From a virus (lineage: Duplodnaviria; Caudoviricetes): a stretch of DNA of 43,226 bases. Below the pieces are notes generated by a model. That model was not told the DNA's origin and searched no databases. It saw only the letters and a program-made list of their open reading frames with translations. The position numbers and the translations under genes are program-made. Of this stretch, positions 1 through 8,664 are shown one piece after another. Position 1 is the first letter of the stretch, and each line of letters starts with the position of its first letter. The DNA is taken from IMG/VR virus record IMGVR_UViG_3300049044_000016, positions 1-43,226 of that record; one strand, written 5' to 3'.

Positions 1-126
1 GGTCTGTCACCTCCACCTGTTTTGGCTTCGCCTTCATCTCCCATACGTCCTTTATACCCTTACCTGTTATGAATGCCATTGCTACTCCTGCGATCCACAT
101 AATTTCCTCCGTGTCGAGTTCAATCC
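1..126. repeat. Terminal direct repeat (assembly overlap), copy 1
   Basis: 1-126 is identical to 43100-43225; base 127 (C) differs from the final base 43226 (G). Confidence 0.95.
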
Positions 127-382
127 CGACATACTGCGTAAAGCCAATGATTATACAAGCTATAATGAGTGTGGCGAACTTTGTCTTACTCCACTTCACC
201 GTTTCACCATTCTTTTGCTTCTGAATATCAACGAGCAGTTGCGCGAAGATGAAGTTGACCGACACAGCAATCGACGCGCCGAGCTCCACTTCATCAAGGT
301 TCCATCCTAGCTTTTTGTTTACGGCTATCGCGAACATTGTGAATATTGCCGTTATAAATTTTGGGTCAAGAAATTTTCTCAT
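1..382 (-). CDS. Holin-like membrane protein, 138 aa, spanning the circular junction (382->1 then 43099->43065)
   Basis: RBS AAAGGAG; reads MRKFLDPKFITAIFTMFAIAVNKKLGW...KWSKTKFATLIIACIIIGF...DHAKYSDTSDAV*; about 4 hydrophobic segments; overlaps the endolysin start; not in the ORF track. Confidence 0.8.
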   Translation of the reverse strand, partial: MRKFLDPKFITAIFTMFAIAVNKKLGWNLDEVELGASIAVSVNFIFAQLLVDIQKQKNGETVKWSKTKFATLIIACIIIGFTQYVGIELDTEEIMWIAGVAMAFITGKGIKDVWEMKAKPKQVEVTD

Positions 383-593
383 GACTGTTCTCCTTTGGTT
401 GTCCTGGCGGGTTACCACCGGTAATGATATTTATGACTTCCTGCAGCTCGTCACTATATGTGTTCATGTCCTGCCAGCGATACAGCAGTTTGTCCGCTAT
501 CTGCGGTTGATCATAAAAAAAGCCCCGAACAGCGGTTAGAACGCTGTCCGAGACTGCTGATTGGAGCATTTCCGATTCGTCGTATTCGATCAT
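366..593 (-). CDS. Hypothetical protein (75 aa), doubtful
   Basis: ATGA overlap with the upstream gene, but contains a terminator-like hairpin (515-554). Confidence 0.4.
   Translation of the reverse strand: MIEYDESEMLQSAVSDSVLTAVRGFFYDQPQIADKLLYRWQDMNTYSDELQEVINIITGGNPPGQPKENSHEKIS
515..554 (-). terminator. Intrinsic terminator after the large ejection gene
   Basis: GTCTCGGACAGCG-loop-CGCTGTTCGGGGC followed by T7 on the minus strand. Confidence 0.7.
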
Positions 594-3500
594 TGGCTCA
601 CCTTAATTCCATATTCTTTTTTCTTTTTATTGCGATATTTCGTATTCACTTTTTCGTAAATATCCTTGATTTTCTCTGCTTTATCTGCATCTGACATCGA
701 TGCAGGCAGAGCATTGATTTGCGAAACGATTTCATTTCCAATGTCCCGCTGATATTGCTCGTATTCTTTACCTGTGAGCTCAATCGATTTGTATTCACCT
801 GATTTTGTTGTTCCTTCAATCTTCTTATTAGGCGTTTTAGGCGCTAGCTTTTCATCGTTCGTTCGGTCAATGAGATTGGCTATTGTTACGGCTGCTTCGC
901 TGTACTGCGCTTTGTTCATCTGATAAGGATTGAGATAAGAACCAACAAACCCGCCAGCATGCTGCTTTTCTTGTCCAAGTGTTGTCATAGCTGCAGGAAG
1001 CGCTTTAGACGTATACTTTTCTGGAATAAGTCCGCCAAATGAAGGTGTACGGGATTTATAGTAGTCCAATACGTCTTTAACAAATCCTTCCCCATATGCC
1101 GTTTTACGTACCGTCTTGTCTTCTCTGCGTGCTTCTTGTGCTAAGAAGCTAGGACTAAATGATTTAGCAAACATCTCCGCTACACGCTGTATGAAGCCAA
1201 CTGATTTATCGCCTGATGTCTTATCTTGATACGATTGGACGGCTTGCTGGATACCTGTAAGAGCCGACATACCGAGTAAAGATCCAGCTGCTTCTGTTCC
1301 TGCACCTTTGAGCATTGAACCTAATCCTTCGCTCCTACGCTGTTCTAAGCCAACACCTATAGCCATAGGGAAAGCAAGTGGCTGGAACTTGTTGTAGTTC
1401 ATCTGAACATCGCCTTTTTGGAATGCTGCGGCTTTATACGGGTCTTCTCCGTTAAACAATGCCCCAATATATCGCATGAGAGCAGATGTATTTAGTAGAT
1501 ATTTTCCCCGTCCGGCTTGTTCCCTGATCTTATCTACATCTTTAAAACCACTCTCGTTAGAACCCGTGAGAATCCCAGCTCTAGAAAGTTCGTACCCGAT
1601 TGCAGATAGCCCGCCACCGCCAATTAAGCTTAATCCCATGCGGCTCAATGCATTTGCTTTAACAGCTTCATCTTTGACGAACGATAGTTCGAATAATCCT
1701 CTAAGCAAACCAACAGGAGTCAAGTCAACGGCTGTACTTGCAATGTTAATAGGTGTCTTAACGAATGGCGCAACGGTTTGAATTGGAGCTTTTGCAATTG
1801 CCGGAAGCGTATGGATTGCATTCGCAAGCTTAGCACCTGTACTCTTATTCCGTTGGAATGTAACCCGTCTTGCTTGATCATCCGCATATTCCATTGCTGC
1901 TTGATCTGGATTAGCTGCAAAGTTTTCAGCGAACCTTTTCTGATTAGCCGTTCCTTGTATTCCTTGGTTCTTCGCATTAATAAATCCTCGTCTTAACAAT
2001 TCTCTATCATACACAGTCTTATAAGTGGCATAGTCTGCACCTTTTGCAACGGCACTTAGAGAACGTTCAAGGTAGTGAGGAACAATAGATGCAATGTTTT
2101 TACCTTTGAATACAAGACCGCCTACATCGCGTGGGCCCGTCAGTCCTGCTGGATTAACGCCCTGCCAGCTTGCTCGTACACCGAATCTAAGGTTTTTGAA
2201 GTATTGTCCCATCCATGTTAATGGATTAGATTGATAGGCTGTCATTCTCCTTGGCTGTTTAAGAACTCCTGCCATCATCACATCAGCCATCGTAGCCGCT
2301 AACTGTCCGATTCTATACGTAGACGCCATAAGCGGACCAGACAATGCATTGACTAATTGGGTACCAGTATTGAGCAACATTCCGATATAACGCAGCGCAT
2401 TAGCGCGATCTAGCCAATCAGACTGTTCGAACCCATTAATAATTTTTTGCAGTTCTAAATCCGCTTCTGCTTTCTCTGCACCTTTTAATCGACTAACCGA
2501 TTGCGCAAGATCACGAATCTTTTTCACTTCCGCCTGACTCAATGATGGTGTGGAACGAAGAAATTTTTGTGCCATCTTCTCAGCTGTACCAGGAACCGCT
2601 CTATCGAATATTTTATAAGCTAGTTCATCAATATGCTTGTAGTCGATAGGTTCACCCGTTTGCGGGTCTATTTTCTTCGTTTCGTCCTTAATACCCGTTA
2701 TCTTTCGAAGCAATTTCTGCATTTCTTTAACAGACTCCGGTGTTTTGGGTTTCGTTACATCTTCTGCTTGTTTCATCTTACGTGCGATTTGAGATGACAA
2801 TTGTGCCAATTGTTTCTCTTCTGTTGTCGCCTTTGGATTTTTCAATATCGCATTAAGATTGTTTGCAGCATTATGCAAAGCTTCGATATCATCATTGTCG
2901 ATTTCTCCACGCTTCATTTTTTCGATAGAACGTTGCGTATTATACACCATTTCTTCGACTGTTTGCTTTCTAGCTTCCTTACTAATTGCTGCTACACCTT
3001 CTGCTGCACGTTCAGTCGTTATCGTAATATTACGATTCATAATACGTTTACCTTGATCAAATGCACGTTTTAAATATGGTTTAACGGAATCGCCAAACTC
3101 TTGTATCATTTCAGACGAAAAATCAGCGAATTTAACTGATTTACGTAACATCTTAGAAGCTGCAATAATTCCCATATCTACATATACATCGAATGGGTTA
3201 GCCGATAATGTATTACGTCTAGCATTCATCCTTGCTTGTGCAGACTGTTCATGTTTCGTTACCCAATCGACAATAGCATCACGTTTACGGCGTCCTGCTG
3301 GCGTGCTAGTGTCGATTGGACGGGATGGCGATAAATCAGGCTGTTTATTATCAAGGAATGCCTGCAAATCATCCTGGAAGTTACGAAGAATTCCCTGTTC
3401 TTCTGCCGTTAATAGCTCTCCACGTAACGATTTTTCGCTAATAGCCAGAACCTCATTCGCGGTATCTTGGCTTAATCCAGCCGTTTTAGCAGTCTTAGCT

Positions 3501-5416
3501 ACTTCTAAAATATTTTCTTCTTGCTCAGTTGTTAGCTTAATCTGCTTATTTGTAGGAAGCTTTTTGTTAATATCCTTAACGATACGTTTGATTCGTAGCA
3601 ATTGTCCTTCTGGCGATAGACGTTGAATCATGGATAATGCTTGATTGAATTGGCCTGCTTTTGTTGCCTTCTCCGCTAACTCGTCGATCAGTCTAGCTGC
3701 TTCTTTATTTCTACCTTGCTGTTGAAGACGGTTTATAGCAACGATTGCTGTTGCAGCTTGGTCAGCATCTACGCCTTCACCTGAGCGCGTATAACTGATT
3801 GCCTCGTCTAATCCTTGTTCATCGATCATTCTATTAGCCTTGCCTAACGATTCTGGGTTGCTAATCTGACGGTATCCTCTACGCTCGGACATGCTTAATT
3901 CTCGACGAAGTTCAGGACTTAATTCCGTATTCTCATAGTTACTGTATAGCCTACGCTCACCCTCTGGTACTGCTGGACGCTCTCCACGTTGAATGATTGG
4001 CGGTTCTCCTAATACGCCTTTAGATTTGATCCTAGCGCTTACAGGGAACGGTTCTCTTGTTGGTGCAGGAGCTGGAGTTGTCGATTCGCTAAATCTACCT
4101 AACCGTTCTTCTGGTAGATACGTTTCCGGTTGGAACTCTGGTTGATTGCGTGTAATTACAGGCGTTTCGGGAATATTGGCGTCTCGCAGAACGGCATTGA
4201 TTTCATCAGGTGAAAGCTCCGATATTCGCACAATTTCATTCTCTGGTAGTTGTGTAATACGTGCGATTGCTTCTTCAGGAATATTCTTAGAACGAAGCTT
4301 TGATATGGCAGTCTTAGCAAGATTTCCGAGTGCTGGCATGACAACATCCGCAACACCGCCGAGAGCGCCGCCAATAGCTGCGCTTTTCGCTATGTCCTTA
4401 GCGCTAGGATCACCTTGCAGGAGTGGCATCAAAGCGCCTGTTCCTGCTCCAGCTAAAGCACCTGTAGCGGCACGGTTAATAACTTGTGGGGTAGCATGTA
4501 TGCCATAGTTGGCCAACATCGGATTGAGCGATTCGATTTTACCTAAAACGGATTGTGCGGCCTTTGTTCCCATCAACGCTCCAGCGGCTTTATATGGCGT
4601 TGTAATAAGGCTTTGTTCAAGCGCAGCAGGGTTAATCGAACCGGCGGCAATTGATCCGATTCCCTTTGCAATCTTACCACCAATTCCATTTGAACCAGGC
4701 GGAAGGTTGTGAGTGTCAAATCCCATCATTTCATTGGCTCCGCGCTCAAATTCAGCCACACCAGGAATAGCTAATTCTAATGCATTAATAGCTTGCGGCA
4801 GTATTTCTCCGTATTTATTTGTAACCGCGACTAGGCTGTTAGGGTCTTTCCCAATAGTGGCACGCTGTCTTTTCTTTTTCTGTTCATTAAACCATTGTTC
4901 TTTACGTGCTTGTAGCGACATTTCAGGCGTTGCACCAGCCTTGATAAATTGTTCTGCCGCTTCTTTGGTCGGGGCAACGTATCCTGTTGTTTGGTGTGTA
5001 CGTTGCGGGAACAACCTATTTTTGGTCGCATCAGCGATTTCTTGCGGTGAAGGCATAGTCTGAACAGGTTTAGTCATCGCTGGTTGTGGTTGTGCGAATG
5101 AAACCGGTTCATGAAATTCTACGTTAGGCGTGAGCCTGTTCATCAGAAATGGATTTTGACTTTGCATATACGATGGAATCTCTTGCTCAACTTTTGGCTG
5201 AGAAGAAGCAGAAAGCACGCCTTTCGATTTAATCGGCTGGCGTGCTTGTGGTTGTGTCTGAACGGGCATTAAATCCTGCTGAGTCACGACGATATTCGAT
5301 TGACGTTGCGGCGTTGGCGGCGCGTACGTTCTGTTTAGTGTCGGATCGATCTTCGTATAGGTTGGCGTGGGAGCACTCAGCACCGATTTATTCTTTAGCT
5401 TTGTTTTCGTTGCCAT
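590..5416 (-). CDS. Large internal virion / DNA-ejection protein (1608 aa)
   Basis: Last and largest late gene before lysis; RBS GGAGGTGA; P/Q-rich N-terminus, G/A-rich hydrophobic patch, helical body. Confidence 0.7.
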   Translation of the reverse strand: MATKTKLKNKSVLSAPTPTYTKIDPTLNRTYAPPTPQRQSNIVVTQQDLMPVQTQPQARQPIKSKGVLSASSQPKVEQEIPSYMQSQNPFLMNRLTPNVEFHEPVSFAQPQPAMTKPVQTMPSPQEIADATKNRLFPQRTHQTTGYVAPTKEAAEQFIKAGATPEMSLQARKEQWFNEQKKKRQRATIGKDPNSLVAVTNKYGEILPQAINALELAIPGVAEFERGANEMMGFDTHNLPPGSNGIGGKIAKGIGSIAAGSINPAALEQSLITTPYKAAGALMGTKAAQSVLGKIESLNPMLANYGIHATPQVINRAATGALAGAGTGALMPLLQGDPSAKDIAKSAAIGGALGGVADVVMPALGNLAKTAISKLRSKNIPEEAIARITQLPENEIVRISELSPDEINAVLRDANIPETPVITRNQPEFQPETYLPEERLGRFSESTTPAPAPTREPFPVSARIKSKGVLGEPPIIQRGERPAVPEGERRLYSNYENTELSPELRRELSMSERRGYRQISNPESLGKANRMIDEQGLDEAISYTRSGEGVDADQAATAIVAINRLQQQGRNKEAARLIDELAEKATKAGQFNQALSMIQRLSPEGQLLRIKRIVKDINKKLPTNKQIKLTTEQEENILEVAKTAKTAGLSQDTANEVLAISEKSLRGELLTAEEQGILRNFQDDLQAFLDNKQPDLSPSRPIDTSTPAGRRKRDAIVDWVTKHEQSAQARMNARRNTLSANPFDVYVDMGIIAASKMLRKSVKFADFSSEMIQEFGDSVKPYLKRAFDQGKRIMNRNITITTERAAEGVAAISKEARKQTVEEMVYNTQRSIEKMKRGEIDNDDIEALHNAANNLNAILKNPKATTEEKQLAQLSSQIARKMKQAEDVTKPKTPESVKEMQKLLRKITGIKDETKKIDPQTGEPIDYKHIDELAYKIFDRAVPGTAEKMAQKFLRSTPSLSQAEVKKIRDLAQSVSRLKGAEKAEADLELQKIINGFEQSDWLDRANALRYIGMLLNTGTQLVNALSGPLMASTYRIGQLAATMADVMMAGVLKQPRRMTAYQSNPLTWMGQYFKNLRFGVRASWQGVNPAGLTGPRDVGGLVFKGKNIASIVPHYLERSLSAVAKGADYATYKTVYDRELLRRGFINAKNQGIQGTANQKRFAENFAANPDQAAMEYADDQARRVTFQRNKSTGAKLANAIHTLPAIAKAPIQTVAPFVKTPINIASTAVDLTPVGLLRGLFELSFVKDEAVKANALSRMGLSLIGGGGLSAIGYELSRAGILTGSNESGFKDVDKIREQAGRGKYLLNTSALMRYIGALFNGEDPYKAAAFQKGDVQMNYNKFQPLAFPMAIGVGLEQRRSEGLGSMLKGAGTEAAGSLLGMSALTGIQQAVQSYQDKTSGDKSVGFIQRVAEMFAKSFSPSFLAQEARREDKTVRKTAYGEGFVKDVLDYYKSRTPSFGGLIPEKYTSKALPAAMTTLGQEKQHAGGFVGSYLNPYQMNKAQYSEAAVTIANLIDRTNDEKLAPKTPNKKIEGTTKSGEYKSIELTGKEYEQYQRDIGNEIVSQINALPASMSDADKAEKIKDIYEKVNTKYRNKKKKEYGIKVSQ

Positions 5417-5427
5417 GCTGTCACCTC

Positions 5428-5712
5428 CTAATAGTAGCCGTTCTTATCCCAGAATGTCAGTGCATCCGCTGGCGTTCCGTATCGATCTTTTACGTACTTG
5501 ATCCCCGCCAGTATTTGTTGATACGGATCGTTCCAGTTTACATTCTTACCGCCGTAGTTCTGGCGTGTCGAATCGAGAAACTGGAATAGCCCTTTCGCAG
5601 ACGACTTGGGATTAGCCGCATTCGCGTTGAACGACGATTCCCTAGCAATCAGTTCGAGCAATGGTTGCGACCAATCAGCAGGCAAATTAAGCGACTGCAG
5701 CGCCTTCGTCAC
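5428..5712 (-). CDS. Lytic transglycosylase (SLT) domain; probably translated as a -1 frameshift extension of 5814..7481
   Basis: Motifs IARESS, AKGLFQF, GIKYVKDRYG; no RBS before the GTG; frame open upstream past 5820. Confidence 0.85.
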   Translation of the reverse strand: MTKALQSLNLPADWSQPLLELIARESSFNANAANPKSSAKGLFQFLDSTRQNYGGKNVNWNDPYQQILAGIKYVKDRYGTPADALTFWDKNGYY

Positions 5713-5780
5713 ACCGTTTTGAGCAGTCGTATACCCGCTCGGATTACCCTTCGCATCCGATGCAGCTTTGTAATAATTGG

Positions 5781-5826
5781 AGTAGCCAGCGCCCCCATTA
5801 TTGGACGCGCTGGCTACTGAAAAACC
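5781..5826 (-). promoter_or_regulatory. Putative -1 frameshift signal: slippery G GTT TTT (5826-5820) plus downstream stem-loop (5818-5781)
   Basis: CCG GTT TTT CAG TAG followed by AGTAGCCAGCGC...GCGCTGGCTACT, a 12-bp perfect stem. Confidence 0.75.
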
Positions 5827-7481
5827 GGTGCATAGTCCGGATCGCTTTTGAGTTTGTTGATTTCTTCCATTGTGTAGCCTGCTTTCGTGAGTGCTGAAAC
5901 CATGTCTTTCCCGCTAATTCCGTAATCGTTGTACAACTGTACAAACGCATCCTCTTTAGCTTTGCTTAGCTGATCTTCAAGCGGTTTTGTATCTTGTCCC
6001 TCTTTTTGCGCTTGCTTGATCTGGTCTACAATGCTGCTTAATGAACTGGAAATCAGATTACCTGCATCAACGGGAGACATCGTCTTTGCTTGCTTGTTCT
6101 GCGCTGCCGCTTTGTCCTGCATTTGCTGATACTTAAACATGTCAGAATCCAAGTCTTGGGCGGCTTTACGATATGCCGCGTCATTTGTCAGTGTGCCCTC
6201 CGGTACGCCAAGAATCTGCGATACGGCAGGCGTTGCGTGACCCGTTGTCTGCCATTCTTGCAGTGCTGCTGAGCGCGTCGCAAGATCACGTTGCTGCTGT
6301 TCTGTTACAAGTCCGCTCGTTACCTGTTGACCTTCCATCGTCTGTCCCTCACCGCCAGCAGCAATTTGACGTGGCAATCCACTCCAATCTTCCTGCGGAT
6401 GGAGAAGTAATCCGGATTGATTCATGTACGATTCAGCAGCGTTCAAATTCGCCTGTTTGTTCGCCAAGTCCTGCGACTGACCGCCAAGCGTTCGGATGCT
6501 AGGAGCACCGCCTTGTAATGCAGTTTCCAGCGTCTTGTTAGCACCATAACCGCTCGTATCGTATCCCATGTTTTGAAGTTGTACGCGGGCCGCGTCTGCT
6601 TGTGCTCTTGCCGAATCCATCGCCGCACGATCACCGCGAGTTGCCGCGTCAGCATATGTGCGTTTCGCACCAGTGACACTGTTATAAAGTGCCATTGCCG
6701 CTGGGTCCGTGAACGAACCGAGCAATTGGCCCTTGTTGTAGTTGTTCGTCCAGTCCTGCTGAACCTGTTGGTCTGCTCTTGATTGTTGCCCAATCAATTG
6801 ATTCAGCGCCGAAATTGAGTTATTGAATTGGTTCTGCTGTTCGGCCTGTTTAGCGGCAATAATGTTAGGAACAACCTGTGTCATGAGATAATTCGTAGCG
6901 TCGTTCTGAATGCCGTTTACGCGCTCTCCAAGGCCGTATGAGCGCCCGAATCCAGCGGAGCCGTATGCTTCTTGCGCGGCTCGTATGTTCTGTCCTGCTG
7001 CTCTCTGCGCTTGTGCATTTGCGGCGGCATACTCAGCGGTAGAATACGGGTCAATCGCCTGCGGATGCTGCGCCGCATTCATGAGATACGAGATCGTATC
7101 ATTGACCTGCTGATTGTATGGGTTATTGTTGCTTGCGCTGCTTGCATATGGGTTGTATCCCGTTGTTGTCGGCTGTGCTTGTTGATTAGGCTGTTGATTA
7201 TACGATTTCCACGCCTGAGCGAAGTCGTGAGCGCTTGTATAGCCTGCACCGCCGTAGTTCTTGTTAGCCCGCATGAACGGTTTACCATTGACGCTGTAGG
7301 CGTTTGTATTAGCGTTGTAGCCGATATGTTCAGGCCTTACGCCCTTTCCCTTTAGCGCCGTGTTTACGTTCGTTGTATACGCCCCTGTAGACGATGGCGT
7401 GTTGACTGCGGACGTTGATACACCTGGCGTGGCTTGCTGTGCATATTTTTGCTGTGTTTGCGACCATAAGTTTGTAGCCAT
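5814..7481 (-). CDS. Internal virion / ejection (pilot) protein (555 aa)
   Basis: Q/A/N-rich low-complexity helical protein between the tail genes and the giant ejection gene. Confidence 0.7.
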   Translation of the reverse strand: MATNLWSQTQQKYAQQATPGVSTSAVNTPSSTGAYTTNVNTALKGKGVRPEHIGYNANTNAYSVNGKPFMRANKNYGGAGYTSAHDFAQAWKSYNQQPNQQAQPTTTGYNPYASSASNNNPYNQQVNDTISYLMNAAQHPQAIDPYSTAEYAAANAQAQRAAGQNIRAAQEAYGSAGFGRSYGLGERVNGIQNDATNYLMTQVVPNIIAAKQAEQQNQFNNSISALNQLIGQQSRADQQVQQDWTNNYNKGQLLGSFTDPAAMALYNSVTGAKRTYADAATRGDRAAMDSARAQADAARVQLQNMGYDTSGYGANKTLETALQGGAPSIRTLGGQSQDLANKQANLNAAESYMNQSGLLLHPQEDWSGLPRQIAAGGEGQTMEGQQVTSGLVTEQQQRDLATRSAALQEWQTTGHATPAVSQILGVPEGTLTNDAAYRKAAQDLDSDMFKYQQMQDKAAAQNKQAKTMSPVDAGNLISSSLSSIVDQIKQAQKEGQDTKPLEDQLSKAKEDAFVQLYNDYGISGKDMVSALTKAGYTMEEINKLKSDPDYAPVFQ

Positions 7482-7503
7482 GTTATCACCCTCTCTAGGG
7501 AAT

Positions 7504-7530
7504 AAAAAAAGCCCCCATTTCTGGTAGGCT
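7504..7530 (-). terminator. Intrinsic terminator just upstream of the ejection genes
   Basis: GCCTACCA-GAAA-TGGGGGC followed by T7. Confidence 0.6.
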
Positions 7531-7555
7531 CTGCTTTAGGATATAATTGGTATAG

Positions 7556-7744
7556 GTGATGATAATGGATCCAATGCGACTATTACAAATGTTCTTCTGT
7601 CTGAACATCGGTTTCATGTACGCAAATATCTATTTGATCGTGCTTTATTACTTCCTTGGCGATTATCATAATATGGCATTAGGCGTACGCGGTTACTTGA
7701 TTAATCTAGTAGTATACGAAGTGCACAAGCGACGCATGCCGTGA
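7556..7744 (+). CDS. Small hydrophobic membrane protein (moron)
   Basis: TATAAT at 7542, RBS AGGTGA, hydrophobic sequence, opposite strand to the late operon. Confidence 0.5.
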   Translation: MMIMDPMRLLQMFFCLNIGFMYANIYLIVLYYFLGDYHNMALGVRGYLINLVVYEVHKRRMP

Positions 7745-7807
7745 TACAATAGATTTGATAACGAGGTGGTGGTCACGGCGCAGCCTTCTGTAAAGGAGGT
7801 GATAGCC

Positions 7808-7939
7808 ATGACCACGCTTGGTGCGATCTACTTGTTCTTGAAAGTATTCGCTACGTTGTTGAGCCTTTGGTTCAGCGGACGCAAGCTGTACCGATGGATT
7901 AAGCGACGTTACAAGCGAAAACCCACCGCTAAAGGTTGA
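7808..7939 (+). CDS. Putative type I toxin peptide, 43 aa (MTTLGAIYLFLKVFATLLSLWFSGRKLYRWIKRRYKRKPTAKG)
   Basis: RBS AAAGGAGGTGA inside hairpin GCCTTCT-GTAA-AGGAGGT; one TM helix plus basic tail; extended -10 TGATACAAT at 7742-7750; hairpin terminator about 8004-8030. Confidence 0.75.
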   Translation: MTTLGAIYLFLKVFATLLSLWFSGRKLYRWIKRRYKRKPTAKG

Positions 7940-8033
7940 CCGCCTTCGGTGGGTTCGCTGATCATCTGATATGCGCGCGCCGTGGCTCATACCATCGTTA
8001 TCTGAGGGAGGCTAGCGACCTCCCTTATTTCTA
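7915..8033 (-). ncRNA. Putative antisense antitoxin sRNA (about 115 nt)
   Basis: Promoter TTGCGC-17-TATGAT (8067-8039); terminator AACCCACCG...CGGTGGGTTTT overlapping the toxin 3' end. Confidence 0.65.
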
Positions 8034-8069
8034 TTCTAATCATACACCGCGTATTTTAGACGCGCAAGG

Positions 8070-8621
8070 TTATTGTGCTTCTAACTCCGCAATTCGTGCG
8101 TTGATCGCGTCGAGTTGGGTTTGGTAGTCGGCAAGTTTTTGCTTGTTGTTCGCAAGCGATTTGTTTAGATCGTCAACTCTCTTATGAGCGTTGGCCTTTT
8201 CTGCGTCTGTTCGAACTGCTTGACTATCAATAATTTTCGCTTCTTCAACAGTTTTTGGTATCGCTTCTTCCTCTTGATATTTAATGATTCTCTGTAATTC
8301 AACAATTTTCTTTTCAATGAACGATTTTTTACTCCGAAGTGTGTACAATTCGGATTCTACTGCATCATTTGTTAACGGTATTGTCATGTTAATCACTCCC
8401 GAACTTGGCTCAACCTGTGCTCCGATTGCTTCTGCTGTATCTCTGACAGGCAAATAACTTGTACTATCTACGATAATCGCTGTTCCGACAGGCTTACCGT
8501 TCAATTTTACCTCTTTTTGTCCGTCAACTGTTTGCCCTACTAATGACGTTACAGCGCCGTATGCAGGAAATGCAGAAGCAATCAATGCACCAAATACAAC
8601 ACCAATAATAAACTTTTTCAT
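8070..8621 (-). CDS. Secreted stalk-domain (copper amine oxidase N-terminal-like) coiled-coil protein, moron
   Basis: Signal peptide MKKFIIGVVFGALIASAFPAYG; motif IIVDSTSYLPVRDTAEAIGAQV; own extended -10 TGATATACT near 8655-8663. Confidence 0.7.
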   Translation of the reverse strand: MKKFIIGVVFGALIASAFPAYGAVTSLVGQTVDGQKEVKLNGKPVGTAIIVDSTSYLPVRDTAEAIGAQVEPSSGVINMTIPLTNDAVESELYTLRSKKSFIEKKIVELQRIIKYQEEEAIPKTVEEAKIIDSQAVRTDAEKANAHKRVDDLNKSLANNKQKLADYQTQLDAINARIAELEAQ

Positions 8622-8664
8622 TGTCCACACCCCTATGTTACAGATTGTGGCAATAGTATATCAC

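Noticed and set aside
7706-7990. 94-aa minus-strand ORF
   Set aside because: No RBS; shadow of the toxin/antitoxin locus and crosses the sRNA terminator
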